64,000 nt of DNA from Balanoglossus misakiensis (lineage: Eukaryota > Animalia > Hemichordata). The stretch lies in the NCBI GenBank assembly GCA_040954595.2, contig CM082597.2, positions 6,349,849 through 6,413,848 of the forward strand, in the 5' to 3' direction. The notes under the pieces were generated by a model. That model had not been told where the DNA came from, did not search any database, and was given only the letters and a program-made list of their open reading frames with translations. This document shows positions 49,250 through 60,936 of this stretch, in pieces. Each line of letters opens with the position of its first letter. Position 1 is the first letter of the stretch. The translations under genes were made by a program, and so were the position numbers.

Positions 49250-52200
49250 TTAAATAGTCGCGGGTCTAAATGAAGTCAGGTGGTCACAGATACACATAGT
49301 GGATGTGATATTTGATGCTGGGGATACCTAAAAATAGACAGAAACAAAGGAGAATATTTAATGCACACACAACAATTAACAAGAGAACATACAACATGGA
49401 CAATTTCCATTCGCTATGTACTGTAAAACACTTTATTTTCGCGAGCAATAATTTTTTGCGATATACGCAAGAGCCAAAATAGTATGAAAAAAAAGTAGTG
49501 TTTTTTTAAGATAACGATGAAGTGACGAAATAAGAGAACCCGAAAATTAATACTCGCCAAACAGTGGCCTCTCTCGATATCGCGAAAATTTCAACTCGCG
49601 AAAATAAAGTGTTTTTCAGTAGTTAGATAACGGTAACTTATTTTTATATCATTGGCTAAGTTTTCAGCATTTATGTCATGAATGTTCACATTATTATCGG
49701 CAGTGAAGTCGATATTGTGCCAGCTTGTGTCAAGAACAGGAAATTTTAATAATATAATAGCCAATCAGAGAAATCCATTCTTCAACCAATCAGATTTCAT
49801 AATTCTTATTTCCCTTTACCCATCCCTTTGTGTTTATCTTATATGGGTGGGCAGCAGCCAATGAGGTCATGGGGATTAAACTATTCCATAAAAAGTGGGG
49901 AACAGGCAATTAACGGTGGATATAGAATAAGATAACATTGAGAAAGGTGGGCTGGTTTTTTTAAAACAGGTTTGAGCAATGAAAACAAATCGAATGGCTC
50001 TCTGACTGACATCCACGATAATCATGCAGCACTATAGACTTTTGTGTTGCAAGAATTGAATGAAATTCATCCTCATATGTGGAGGAAGGACAGACTCAAA
50101 TGTGTACGCCCCACTGGAACATGGCCATGGGGACAAACAAAACTATTACAAATTTGATCTTTATAACTCCCTAAGAGACACTTTCTTCAGCGAAGTATGT
50201 ACTCTATACCCAGACTTTAATACTTATTTATTACTGTTGCATGAAAGCTTCTGTGTCTAATAAGCCAAGGGGCTGGATGTGGCAAGTTTCTGTTTTGCTG
50301 TTATTATCAAGTATCCATATGAAAATGTAAACTTAAAGTCCACATAGGACACATGAAGAAATAAATATAACATAACATTACAATTACCTCACAACCATCA
50401 GTGACCCAAGTGCCACTTCGTTCTTGTAAGTAACCACATCTCACTAGCTTCACAATCATTGTGAAGTTGACCTTCCTTTCTGCATCAGAAAGAGACAAAT
50501 ATACACAATAAAACAGGTTATTTTCTCGATCAATAAATTTTCGCAAAATACACGAGGCAGAAAAACATGAAAATATAAAGTCGCATAAAATGGTTTTTGG
50601 AGATAACGATGTAGTTAGTGAAATACGAGAACGCAAACATTAATCCTTGCGTAACAGCCACCTTTGATTTGCAAAAATTTCCTTTCACGAAAATAACCCG
50701 TTTTACACAGTAGTTAACTTGCAAAGACATTCTCAAAGACTATTCTTTTCCATCCTTATCAAAGCACACTTTGTACTATGAAAAAAATAGGATTACTGTA
50801 GGAGGACCATAGGGTCATAGATATACTTATCAAAATAAGAATGATGGACTTTTTTTCTATGTCAAGTGTCACATGACGGCTTGGTCTTCATCTTGTTCCC
50901 AACTTACCATGCGGAACCGAAAATGTCAAAAAGTATTCTCCAGTCTTCATGAAGTAATTTTCTGGAATGAAAATACTTGAATGATCTCCAGCGAAATTGA
51001 TGTCCACAGAAAACATGTAACCTCTGTATTTGTCGGAATATTGGATTTCCTCGCCGAAGACGTACACTGTAGAATTCCCAGTCATGTTTTGAGAGTTTTC
51101 AAGCCAGATGATAACTGCATGGAACAGCCGTGGTATCTGAAGAAAAAGGGAAAGATTACTACTGCATACAAAATATGCTTGCCTAATATGGGGGGTCACA
51201 CACACACCATTAAGACGGTTCTGAAGCGTCTCAGATTACAAACCGTCTTAAAAATTGTGTGTCGATGTTGTAAGTGGTCCTGAAATGTCTCAGATTTGAG
51301 ACGCCTGGTCAGACCTGAGGAGGTGTAAGGATTAACACCTCTCCGCAACCCATTGTCTATGGGGCCGAGCCTCAGCGCCTACACATAAACTTTGTGTGTG
51401 TGTGGACACAACGTGACTCAAAGGATTAATTCTCTGTGTTTACCATAGGCAAATGGTGTCACAAATTTTTCCCTGTCTGAACCTGGTTTAAAAAAATATA
51501 TATATTTCTGTTGTTCACTGCAACAGGTAACTCACTGTTTTTACTTCATTATTTCACTGCATATTTGTTTTTGGACACATGCCGGGAAAGCTCCATTAAA
51601 AGTGAGGACCTAAGTTATCAAGGGATTAATCATATTCAAATATTTGACGGGATTAAAATGAAACTAGAAAATAGTGCAACAAACATATGTATGTCAGTTA
51701 CCAAGCACAAGTAAGCGTGAAATAACAAAATTATAACAAAACTATTTCAGGTAATCTTGCATATTAAGTGACCCGACTTGACATTGCCAAGTCGGGTACC
51801 AAGTGAAGTAGTTTCAATGGAGGCTTCCCGTAATGAAAACGTAACAAAATTCATTTGCCACCCCGAGTGGAAACTGGAATATCAAAGTCATACACAACAA
51901 ACCTCTAAATCATTTATGTGGACATTTAAACTATATATCATGATTCTGTATGCAAACTGTAGTTATCATGGAAAGTGGAGATCTAGTTTCCAACACTAGA
52001 GAAAAAAAAAACTGCTGCACATTACTCAGACATGCCACTAAAGCCATATATGGGTTATGTAAATTATAGTTGATGATATCTTCATTTACATGTTTTGCCA
52101 TCCACACTACATGTTATGATAATAAAAACTAGCGTTATGTATGTGTAGTTACCTTAATATTTGAGCTGAAGTATGTGATGTCTTCATTTTCAAGATACAC

Positions 52201-55200
52201 GCCCTCTATCAATTCAGCGGTGTCAGGTGAGGGAGGGTCTTTCAAAAATGTAATGTTCACATACTCAGATGTGTTCTTCACTGCATATGAACAATACAAA
52301 GACATGTCTTAAAGCCTCTAAAGCTGCCACTTTTTGCATGATTTTCGTGATTTTATTTTACAACTCAAATTGGTCCATCTAAATAAGCTTACTGAAAGGT
52401 ATACATAAACACCTTATCGAAGCCCGATTGTGACTATATGCTGCAATTTCAACACACTATGTATTAAAACGGTGCCGCACCGATTTAATCAGCCTCCATA
52501 CAAACAGTACGCAGCTATCGTGGTATGCGTCACCAAGAGATGACAAACTGATGCAAATGCAAGTAATATGGCTTAATGGTGATGATTTTAGAGGATAGGG
52601 AATATATTTTATTGTATTTTATTGTGGGAAATATGGCAGCTATAGGGGCTTTAATAAATTAGGTGTTATACTTGTGGTGTCAACAGGATTGAAACTTAGG
52701 TTGGACCTATCCTGGTATTTCCAGGCGTCGCAATGTGCTTGTATTTGTTGTCCAATAAGAGCTATTGTTTACAATAGCCCATGTCTGAGCCTTTCTTGGA
52801 GCACAGGACTGTGACAGCAGTTGAAATGGGATAGGAGACAAGACTACTGCAATGGCTGTTTCAAACCGGGACTGCTTAAGGGTTTACAGTCACCTACCTA
52901 TGCAAGTATAGCTATAGCTACAATTACCATGGCAAATTGAGATCTAGCCAATCACAGATTTTCAGTGCCACCATATGTTCCTTACAACACTCAAATACAC
53001 CATGTCTGACATATATGGGCATAAGTAGATTCGAGGTGACTGTATACCGTTAATGACTGGTTTAAAGCAGTATGATCCATTATGTATCAATGATGCAGAC
53101 ATTTCCATGTGGTTAACATCTACAGAAGAATTATGCATGTAAAAACATGCCTCAGGGAACCTATTGAAGATTCCATTGTCGACACTTGTGCGAATAATTC
53201 CTTTCTTTTCTGTAATTACCAGTTTCATCTATGCATAATGCTGTTCATATCCTGATATATTGGTTGACCTGATGTACCAAAATATTTTTTCACATACCCT
53301 CATATTCATTGCCTTCTCTGTCTGTATATGACAAACTCAAGATGTCATTTCCTGTCAGGCTATTAGCCAAACCAAATGGCATTCCCTTCAGACATTTAGC
53401 CTGTCAATAGAAAGAGAAATGTGTGAGAGATTGCACAAGAATTCTCACATTCGGTGAGGTTATGTAAATGAATTGATGCACTGTACCAAGCTTATAAAGC
53501 TGTCTAGGGAGCTGCTAAACGCTTAGAAATATGTATTGCATGTACAGAGATGTGTTATTGACAATATTCACAGGGGAACTGACATTATAAATTATAAATT
53601 ACTCTTAGTTCATTTAAAATTACCAATTAGTCCTAAAATTATTGCAAACTATAAACTGATCAATTCATGTGGTTTGCCTTACATCCGTGGAGCCTCATTG
53701 AATTTTACTTACAATTCTGTTACTCTGTTTTCCTTGTAAATGTGTCCAGTTGGTGAAAATCTTTTCTGCTGGTGGTATGTCAAACTGATTACCATCTCCG
53801 AAGATAATGGACCCATCAGCAAGATTTTCAGGATAGTCACATTCTAAGTGCAGTTGGATACTTGGTGTATCCAATATAACTGGCCCACTGCCTGGTTTTG
53901 TGTTGCTTAGAACAAATTGCGAGAGTTCATCGGTTGTTTTCAGTATGGACTGCATTAACAGACCAATAGCATTGGTTCGGTCATTATTGCTGTAGCCAGG
54001 TGGATATTTACTTGCTGAATCAGAAGATGCAAGGGCTGTGATGCCCGCATCCATAATCTGCAGCATATCTGTCATGAATAAGAAAGTGCACAGCCTGATC
54101 AGACCCTACACTATAGGCAAGAGGTGTCTAAGCATCAGTAGACCTTTTTATAGCTTTTAGTTAAATGGACAAAGTCAGTGTCTCTCGCTGCCCTTTTTCA
54201 ATTAATTATGTTTGATACAAGACACCATTTATTTTATTCTACATGTGGATATATAGTGAGTCAACGTTTGACCTCACACAATTTCTATACTACTTGTAGA
54301 CACAAGAGTGTTTACCATTTATTCATTTTGGCAAGATTTTTACTCTTATATCCTACAAAAGGGATGGAAGTTGTGAGTGGTCGAACGTTGATTCACTATA
54401 TACCATAAATTTTCACCCACCTTTGGCTATAGCTTTGCTTTCTTCTGTTGTGATATTTACACCATCAAGAATCGGTATGAAACTGGACAACTGAATAAAC
54501 ATGTTTGTCATCTGTCATAACACATAAGATAGAGACAATTAATATTCTGACTACTGATGACTATCACTTATCCCTTGCACTTTCCAAGGACACCCTTTGA
54601 CTATTTGAAATACATTCCAATAATGAATCCCAATTTTAATCATTAGATATATAGTTGACTGTTTGTTATACTTACATCTGGTATGGATATATTCGTGAAG
54701 TTGGAAATAATGGGTCTGACTAGAGCTGGTCAGTAGAAAGATACCAGATGATGGTGGGAATAAAAAGAAAAGAAAATTAATTATTCACTGTTGTTTTCTC
54801 AACATAGTTATTGGAGCATTTCTGAACTCCACAAAACCCTGTGAGACCTTGCATGGCAAAAATGGCAAAAGGTTATCAGTCAGAGACTGGTAGCCATTTT
54901 GAATTTCAAATTTGCGATAACTTGTCTTCCTTATTTAAAATTTTGCAAGGTGACCTCTTGATTTTTATTCTCAATGTTAACGAAGAATAATCTAAATTTG
55001 CCTTGAAAAAATATGAGAACGTTAAGCAAAATTTTCGCGACACATACCACCTAAGTAAGATTACCAACAATCAAACTTACCATTCACTTTGACAATAAAT
55101 GAGCATGACACTTTATTTCCCGATGGATCAACGGCTTCATACAACACGACAGTGGCACCTAAAGAAAAGTTGCTTCCCTGTTGATGGCTACCGGACACAC

Positions 55201-58200
55201 TAACATCTCCAGAATTATCTGTGGCATTTACATGAGGCCATGTTACTTGGACAACTGGATCATCAAGATATGCAGATTTGACGGTGTCTTCAGGACACTT
55301 GATAATAGGATTTTCATTGTCTGAAAAAAATATTTGTAAGAAAATGAATTAATTTGCATAATTTCCAATCAAAATTTATTTTAATTGAACAGTTCTGAAA
55401 GAATAGTGTCTTTTGAAAGAACACTGTATTTTATGAAATATTTCACCAATTGATATACAGCATGTCTTGGGCAGGATATTTACCTCTTACTGTCACATTG
55501 AATGAACATGAAGCAGTATTTCCTGTAGGGTCTAGATGCATTAATCCTTAAACGAATGGACGATTAAAGGGACCAAATGCCATTTCAAACATTGCAGGCT
55601 GAATACAGATTAATACAATATAATTGGTGTTCTTTAACACATTCACGTACATTAGTGATACAAATCATGATAGACACATTAAAGCCACATGAACAACAAC
55701 TCGCTAAAAATGTAAGCTTTAAACAATCTCATATCTGCTTTTAATAGTGTCTCAAAAGTTACACCGTGTGAACCTGGTCAAGCTTTTCTATAATCTTAGT
55801 CGATTCAGGACCACGTAAACCATTCACACATAATAATTTATGCCAGTATTTCATCTGAGACATTTGGAGTATTTGCACATGATACATTAGAGCAAACAAT
55901 TGCAATCACAATGAACGTTGATGAATATGATGAGCGAATACTTACCCTCTCTTACAATAACTCCTGATACAAAATCTGGCTGCGAGAGCTTCTCAGAGAC
56001 TCCATCCACCAACCAACATGCTTTGTAGTACTTGTGGTAAACCCACACAAGACACAGACTGTTACTCCTGCAATCCTCACAACACTCATCAGCGGTATCT
56101 TTGAGATTTTGAAATCCGTCGTTTATATCATTGCCACCTCTTTCGAAACCGTCCTCCTTAACACAAGCAGGTTCTGTGGGTTTTACAGATAAATGATGGA
56201 TTAACATGATGAGAAAATTGTGGCATGACAAATATCTCTTTCTTACCCGATGTGTTTTGCAAGAAAATCATGTATGCCATAGTAATGCAGTTAAACATAT
56301 TTTACATAAATTTACCACTCATACTTGCCTCAAGAGCATATTTTAATTAGGGGAATTTTACTAGTAGTTATTCAAGAGTGCATATCAATGGTCATTTTAA
56401 ACATTGCATGCTGAATATAGATTTAAAAAAATATGATTGTTGTTGTTCTTAAACACATTCACTTACATTAGTGATACAAATCATGATACGTGCATTAAAG
56501 CCACGAGCTGCAACAGGCTAAAAATATAAGCTTTAAATAATCTGATGTGCTTTTAATTCTGTCAATCAAGTGATATTGTGTGATATTATATCTAAATCAA
56601 CACTTGTGACAAAATGCCCCAAAAATTGAAGAAATATGAGTAGAGTCAAAAATTCCTGAAATTTTTAAAGAGTGCAATATTCCACTGAAAAATGAAAATG
56701 TTATGAGGTTATTACGAAAATACCGCAAAGTATGCACGAGGACATTAGCGCGCATTATCGCCCGACGCGCAGCAGAGGGCGATGCGCTGCGCTAATGTCC
56801 GAGTGCATACTTTGCGGTATTTTCGTAAAAACCTTATTATTATACATCTTACATCTCCGTTAGTTCTCGTGTTGCATGTTACTTGGCTTTCAAAACGACC
56901 CAAATGCCGATACAATCGATCGAAAACTGCTCAGTTGACTCAGTGAGCAGCCATCTTTCTTTTTTGTTTACGTGCGTTCGAGTGGGGGTGTCTTGAAACC
57001 GTCTGCACAACAGCGTATACCTGTACACAGTGAGTTGGGGAGCCTTGAAACTTAAGGCGTATTTAACGCGTGTGCCGTACGTACCGTTCCATATGGCTTT
57101 TTATTGCACGCTCAATTCTATTGTTCTCGGTGCCAGATGTATAATAATATGAGGTTATTACGAAAATACCGCAAAGTATGCACGAGGACATTAGCGCTGA
57201 GTATCGCCCGACGCGTAGCGGAGGGCGATGCGCTGCGCTAATGTCCGAGTGCATACTTTGCGGTATTTTCCTAATAACCTTATTATTATACATCTTACAT
57301 CTCCGTTAGTTCTTGTTTTGCCTGTTACTTGGCTTTCAAAACGCCCAAAATGCCGATACAATCGATCGAAAACCGTTCAGTTGACTCAGTGAGCAGCCAT
57401 CTTTGTTTTTTGTTTACGTGTGCGCACGTGCGTTGGAGTGGGGGCCCCTTGAAACCGTCCGCATAACAACGCATACCTGTACACGGTGAGTTGGGGCGCC
57501 TTGAAACCTAAAACTTATTTAACGCGCGTTCCGTACGTACCGTTCCGTACGGCTTTTTATTGCACGCCAAAATCTATTGTTCTCGGCACTAGATGTATAA
57601 TAATACCGGGTATGTCTCAGTGGAATACATTAATTTCCATGAGATCTATAGTAGATGAGATTATGCTTTGTTTATGAAGTTCCATAGTCGGAAATGCAAC
57701 ATTTTCTGGTATTTTTCCACGGCGGCAGCCATATTCCTTTTCGGCAAAGCCTCATTATTTATCTTGTTAAAACTTGCATATGCAAACGTTCAGGTCTTGC
57801 TTTAACGATAAACCTAGCTGAGTCTTCAAGTGGAGCATTTTTCACGGGCTGGCGGTTGTGTTTCAGTGCCACCTGTTGTGGTGAGATCCTGACAACATAG
57901 ACTGCATTTGCAATCAAAAATTGATGCTCATGATCTCCAATTACCATGGCCTGTGCATCGCATTTTAATTGGTCGAGATAAACAACGTCACTGACCACAA
58001 ATACTCAGTAATGGTTTGTTTACATGCCCGTAAATCTGAATAGTAATATTAGCAAACAGTTCAGTGAATACAACATTTTGCGTAACACAAGTTCCGTGTT
58101 GACATTTTCTAAATTTTGACGGCTAGAGAAAAGCTAAAATTCATGGGCTCGGAAAACTCGCCCATGATTTTTTGGCTTTCCTCTCGCCCTTGCCAATAAA

Positions 58201-60266
58201 CAAACGTTAATGGTCAGAGCGTCTTCCATTATTTCTATATTACTTGACAATACACAACACTTACGGTACAAGTGTTTTCATAGATCTCTATAAACTACTT
58301 AACCAAATTAGGCAGCATTTTGTCTCCCCTCAGCCTCCCCTCCTGGAATGGGCTCTTTGCGATTTTACAATGTATGCATGATCAGAGTTTAACAATTAGG
58401 AGTATTGCCGTGTTGATCTTCAGTACAATATGAATTAAAGTTATGTAGCACTCTGTGATCAACGAGTTAAAACTACAGCATGACCTTTCGGGAACATGTA
58501 GTCCCCTTCATCAAATTACACACCGCCAACCAAACGCACGGAGATGTACCATGTCAGAAACCAAGGTGCAAACTGTGCCCCCACATCAACACGGCCACTG
58601 GACCCAATGATAACACCTACAGAATAAGAGGATCTTTCACCTGTGACTCAACCAACCTCATTTAAACAATCACCTGCAAACAATGCCCACAAGCTGTATA
58701 TATAGGTCAAACTGGACAGTCATTACTGAAAGCTCAATCGTGTTGTTAAAACGGCATCATACATCATTGGAGTGAAGATGGATAACATTCAGACCATCTT
58801 TGAAAAACGTACAGAGAAACGTATCACCAGTATTATTAATGACTGTTACCATCCTGTTAACGAGTTTCTGCATTTTTTACCATCAGGAAAAAGGTTAAGA
58901 TCTATATCTGCTAGTACTAATCGTTTATCCTATAGTTTTATTCCTTCTGCAGTATGTCTTTACAATCGTAAATCTTAGTGATTCTAGTCATCACATATTT
59001 ACAAGTTGTCCTAAGGATTCAAGTTTTTTAAACAACCACAGATTTGACATACAGAATGGTAATATACACAAACCCGTTAGTGAACATTTCAACAGACCAG
59101 GACATTCCATAACTGACTTTACCGTGACAGCCCTAAAAGGCAAACTATAAAAACAACCGTTAACGTGAATTAGATGAACTGAAGTTAATCGAACATTTTG
59201 ACTGTGTGGATATGGGACTACAGTTTTATGTCACACTACAAATAATTGTCAGTTTTCTGCAGTCCACTACCCATTTACAAATTTGCATTCCCGTTAACAT
59301 TTCCACTGTTCAATTTTCACACCCAACCCTTCTTTTGTTTTCTGATGCACCTGGTCCTGCACATATTTCCTACTTTGAATACCCCAGTGCTACATAACTT
59401 TAATTCATACAGAGTTTAAGAGACAGACATAGCAACAGAGAGAGCAAGCAAGATATATACTAGTACAATCTGGATGGCAATGTGGGAGACTGTGGGCATC
59501 AAGAGGCTACTGATAAAATAGACACATACACATAGCGGTACAAGCATAAGAAAATGCATACCGTAGTTTGCCGGGTAAGAGCCCCTGCTCGGACAAACGC
59601 CCCCCCCTGGTTTTAGGGCCCATTTGTAGATCGAGGCCATATCCGGTCTAAAGCCCCCCCCCCCCCGGCCGAATATCCATTAAATTCTTGGAAATTTAAT
59701 AAAGTGCAATGCAAAAAAGGCGGATTTTCATCCCCAAAGTCACTAAAAGTGAAAAAAAAAATGTATGATGATTTACTTTCGCGCTGATTATCGTACCCAC
59801 CGCGGCCGACTGGCCACGCTGAGTTATATATAGCCGCTCTAGAAAACATGACCTCAGACAGGTCCCTCGGGACCGTGCCTCGAATTCAACGATCACGTAG
59901 ATGGACGCGCTGCCGCGTGTGAGGTCACCGGGAAGCTTTCCAAAGCGGCCGCGTGGAGCTGCTTCAGTCCGTCCTCGACGCGAAACACCCAACATTGGAA
60001 GATCCCGACTTGGACTCGGAGAATGAACCACTCAAAAATTTGCATAAAAGTCGAGGTGGCCATCCCTCATTTGCATAAATCTCGAGGCCATATCCGGGCT
60101 AAAGCCCCCCCCTGTTTTTTCGCTAATCTGTTGGCCCAGGACCCGGGGCTCTTACCCGGCAAACTACGGTAATTAAAACCAGAATTTTTTTTGCTCAGTA
60201 TGTTTCATACCTACCTACACTTCCCCAGTGAACTAAGACAATCAATGTAACGACCATGTACCTCAT
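49250..60266 (-). CDS. Gene B: secreted PKD1-like ectodomain protein; signal peptide + PAN/Apple + HYR + GAIN/GPS, no TM (~548 aa)
   Basis: 11 exons in frame (1647 nt): 60266-60215 (MRYMVVTLIVLVHWGSV), 56173-55946 (PAN: GGNDI..ADECCEDCRSNSLCLVWVY..CWL), 55320-55081 (HYR: DNENPIIKCPED..VTWP..ATDNSG..YEAVDPSGN..CSFIVKV), 54725-54676, 54511-54421, 54068-53713, 53400-53298, 52280-52153, 51136-50908, 50479-50388, 49327-49250. GPS CGYLQERSGTWVTDGCEVSPASNITSTMCICDHL|TSFRPATI*. The first-exon assignment is less certain than the rest. Confidence 0.82.
49419..49621. mobile_element. Tc1/mariner-type MITE (TA-flanked)
   Basis: tactgtaaaacactttattttcgcgag ... ctcgcgaaaataaagtgtttttcagta; relative at ~50507-50712. 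Confidence 0.75.
52309..52634. mobile_element. TTAA-flanked MITE; relative at ~60537-60906
   Basis: ttaaagcctctaaagctgcca ... tggcagctataggggctttaa; internal aatcagcctccatacaaacagtacgcagctatcgtggtatgcgtc shared with ~60722. Confidence 0.7.
55484..55531 (-). pseudogene. 3' remnant of a second HYR exon in gene B (possible 48-nt symmetric micro-exon)
   Basis: Translates DPTGNTASCSFNVTVR followed by a GTAAAT donor; the upstream HYR sequence is missing. Confidence 0.65.
56702..57603 (-). mobile_element. Head-to-tail dimer of hairpin family X (Crypton-like)
   Basis: Two ~450-bp units (56702-57147 and 57148-57603), each reverse-complementary to 2326-2782. Confidence 0.88.
58393..59409 (+). mobile_element. 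Penelope-like retroelement fragment (GIY-YIG endonuclease region)
   Basis: PCQKPRCKLCPHI...FTCDSTNLI*TITCKQCPQAVYIGQTGQSL and LNNHRFDI..KPVSEHFNRPGHSITDF; perfect 24-bp inverted repeat 58429-58452/59386-59409; flanking direct repeat cagagtttaa. Confidence 0.85.
58730..59025 (+). mobile_element. 3' fragment of a LINE (Rex1/Babar/L2-group-like) nested in the Penelope fragment
   Basis: IINDCYHPVNEFLHFLPSGKRLRSISASTNRLSYSFIPSAVCLYN matches the LPSGRR..R...SF.P C-terminal ORF2 motif and interrupts the GIY-YIG frame. Confidence 0.75.
59561..60169. mobile_element. Tc1/mariner (pogo-like) non-autonomous element with TA TSD
   Basis: ta|ccgtagtttgccgggtaagagccc ... gggctcttacccggcaaactacgg|ta; internal repeat cgaggccatatccgg.ctaaagccccccc. 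Confidence 0.85.
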
Positions 60267-60372
60267 CTTCAGATCTTCGTCGTATCAGGCTTTTGATGAG
60301 AGCATCTTTGTTCAAGTTTCCATCTACTGCGGTCCCACCGTGGTCTATGCAGTGGTCGCGCCCAGTGTACCG

Positions 60373-60402
60373 TTTATAAGGCTCCGCGCGCTGTATGCAA
60401 AT
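60373..60402 (-). promoter_or_regulatory. Candidate gene B promoter: TATA box and octamer motif
   Basis: TATAAA (minus strand, 60373-60378) ~107 nt upstream of the ATG; ATGCAAAT at 60395-60402. Confidence 0.45.
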
Positions 60403-60936
60403 AACCTCATGTATTTTGTTACCATGGTGTTGTAGATGACATCAACACATTAACACAATTAGGTGTCCATGGCAACTCTATCCTCTTTCCAATATTATTT
60501 TAGCTCGTTTTACAGTCAATTATGACAAAGGGTTCCTCAAAGCTTCTGGAGCTGCGATTTTTTGCATTATTTTCATGACTTTATTTTCAAGCTTAGATTG
60601 GTATGTTAATGTGCTTAATCATAGGTGTACGTTAATATCTCATCGACGCCCAATTGTGGCTGTATGTTACAATTTAACTACGCTATATATCAAACAATTT
60701 AAACACGCTATATATTAAATTTAATCAGCCTCCATACAAACAGTACGCAGCTATCGTGGTATGCGTCGCCAAGAGATGACAAACTGATGCAAATACAAGT
60801 AATACGACTTAATGGTGGGGATTTTAAAGGACAGGGAATATATTTGAAGTATCTATTTCTTATGGTTGAAGAAAATGTGAAATTTGGCAGCTCTAGAGGA
60901 TTTGAACGATGTGTATATAAGAAAGTTTCATATAAA

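Noticed and set aside
57759-57998. 79-aa minus-strand ORF in gene B intron 1
   Set aside because: No recognisable domain or convincing splice sites; lies within repeat-derived sequence
59416-59499. Signal-peptide-like minus-strand ORF MPTVSHIAIQIVLVYILLALSVAMSVS as first exon of gene B
   Set aside because: In-frame TAA before any usable donor, even after removing the Penelope insertion; 60266-60215 gives a phase-compatible exon with an upstream TATA box
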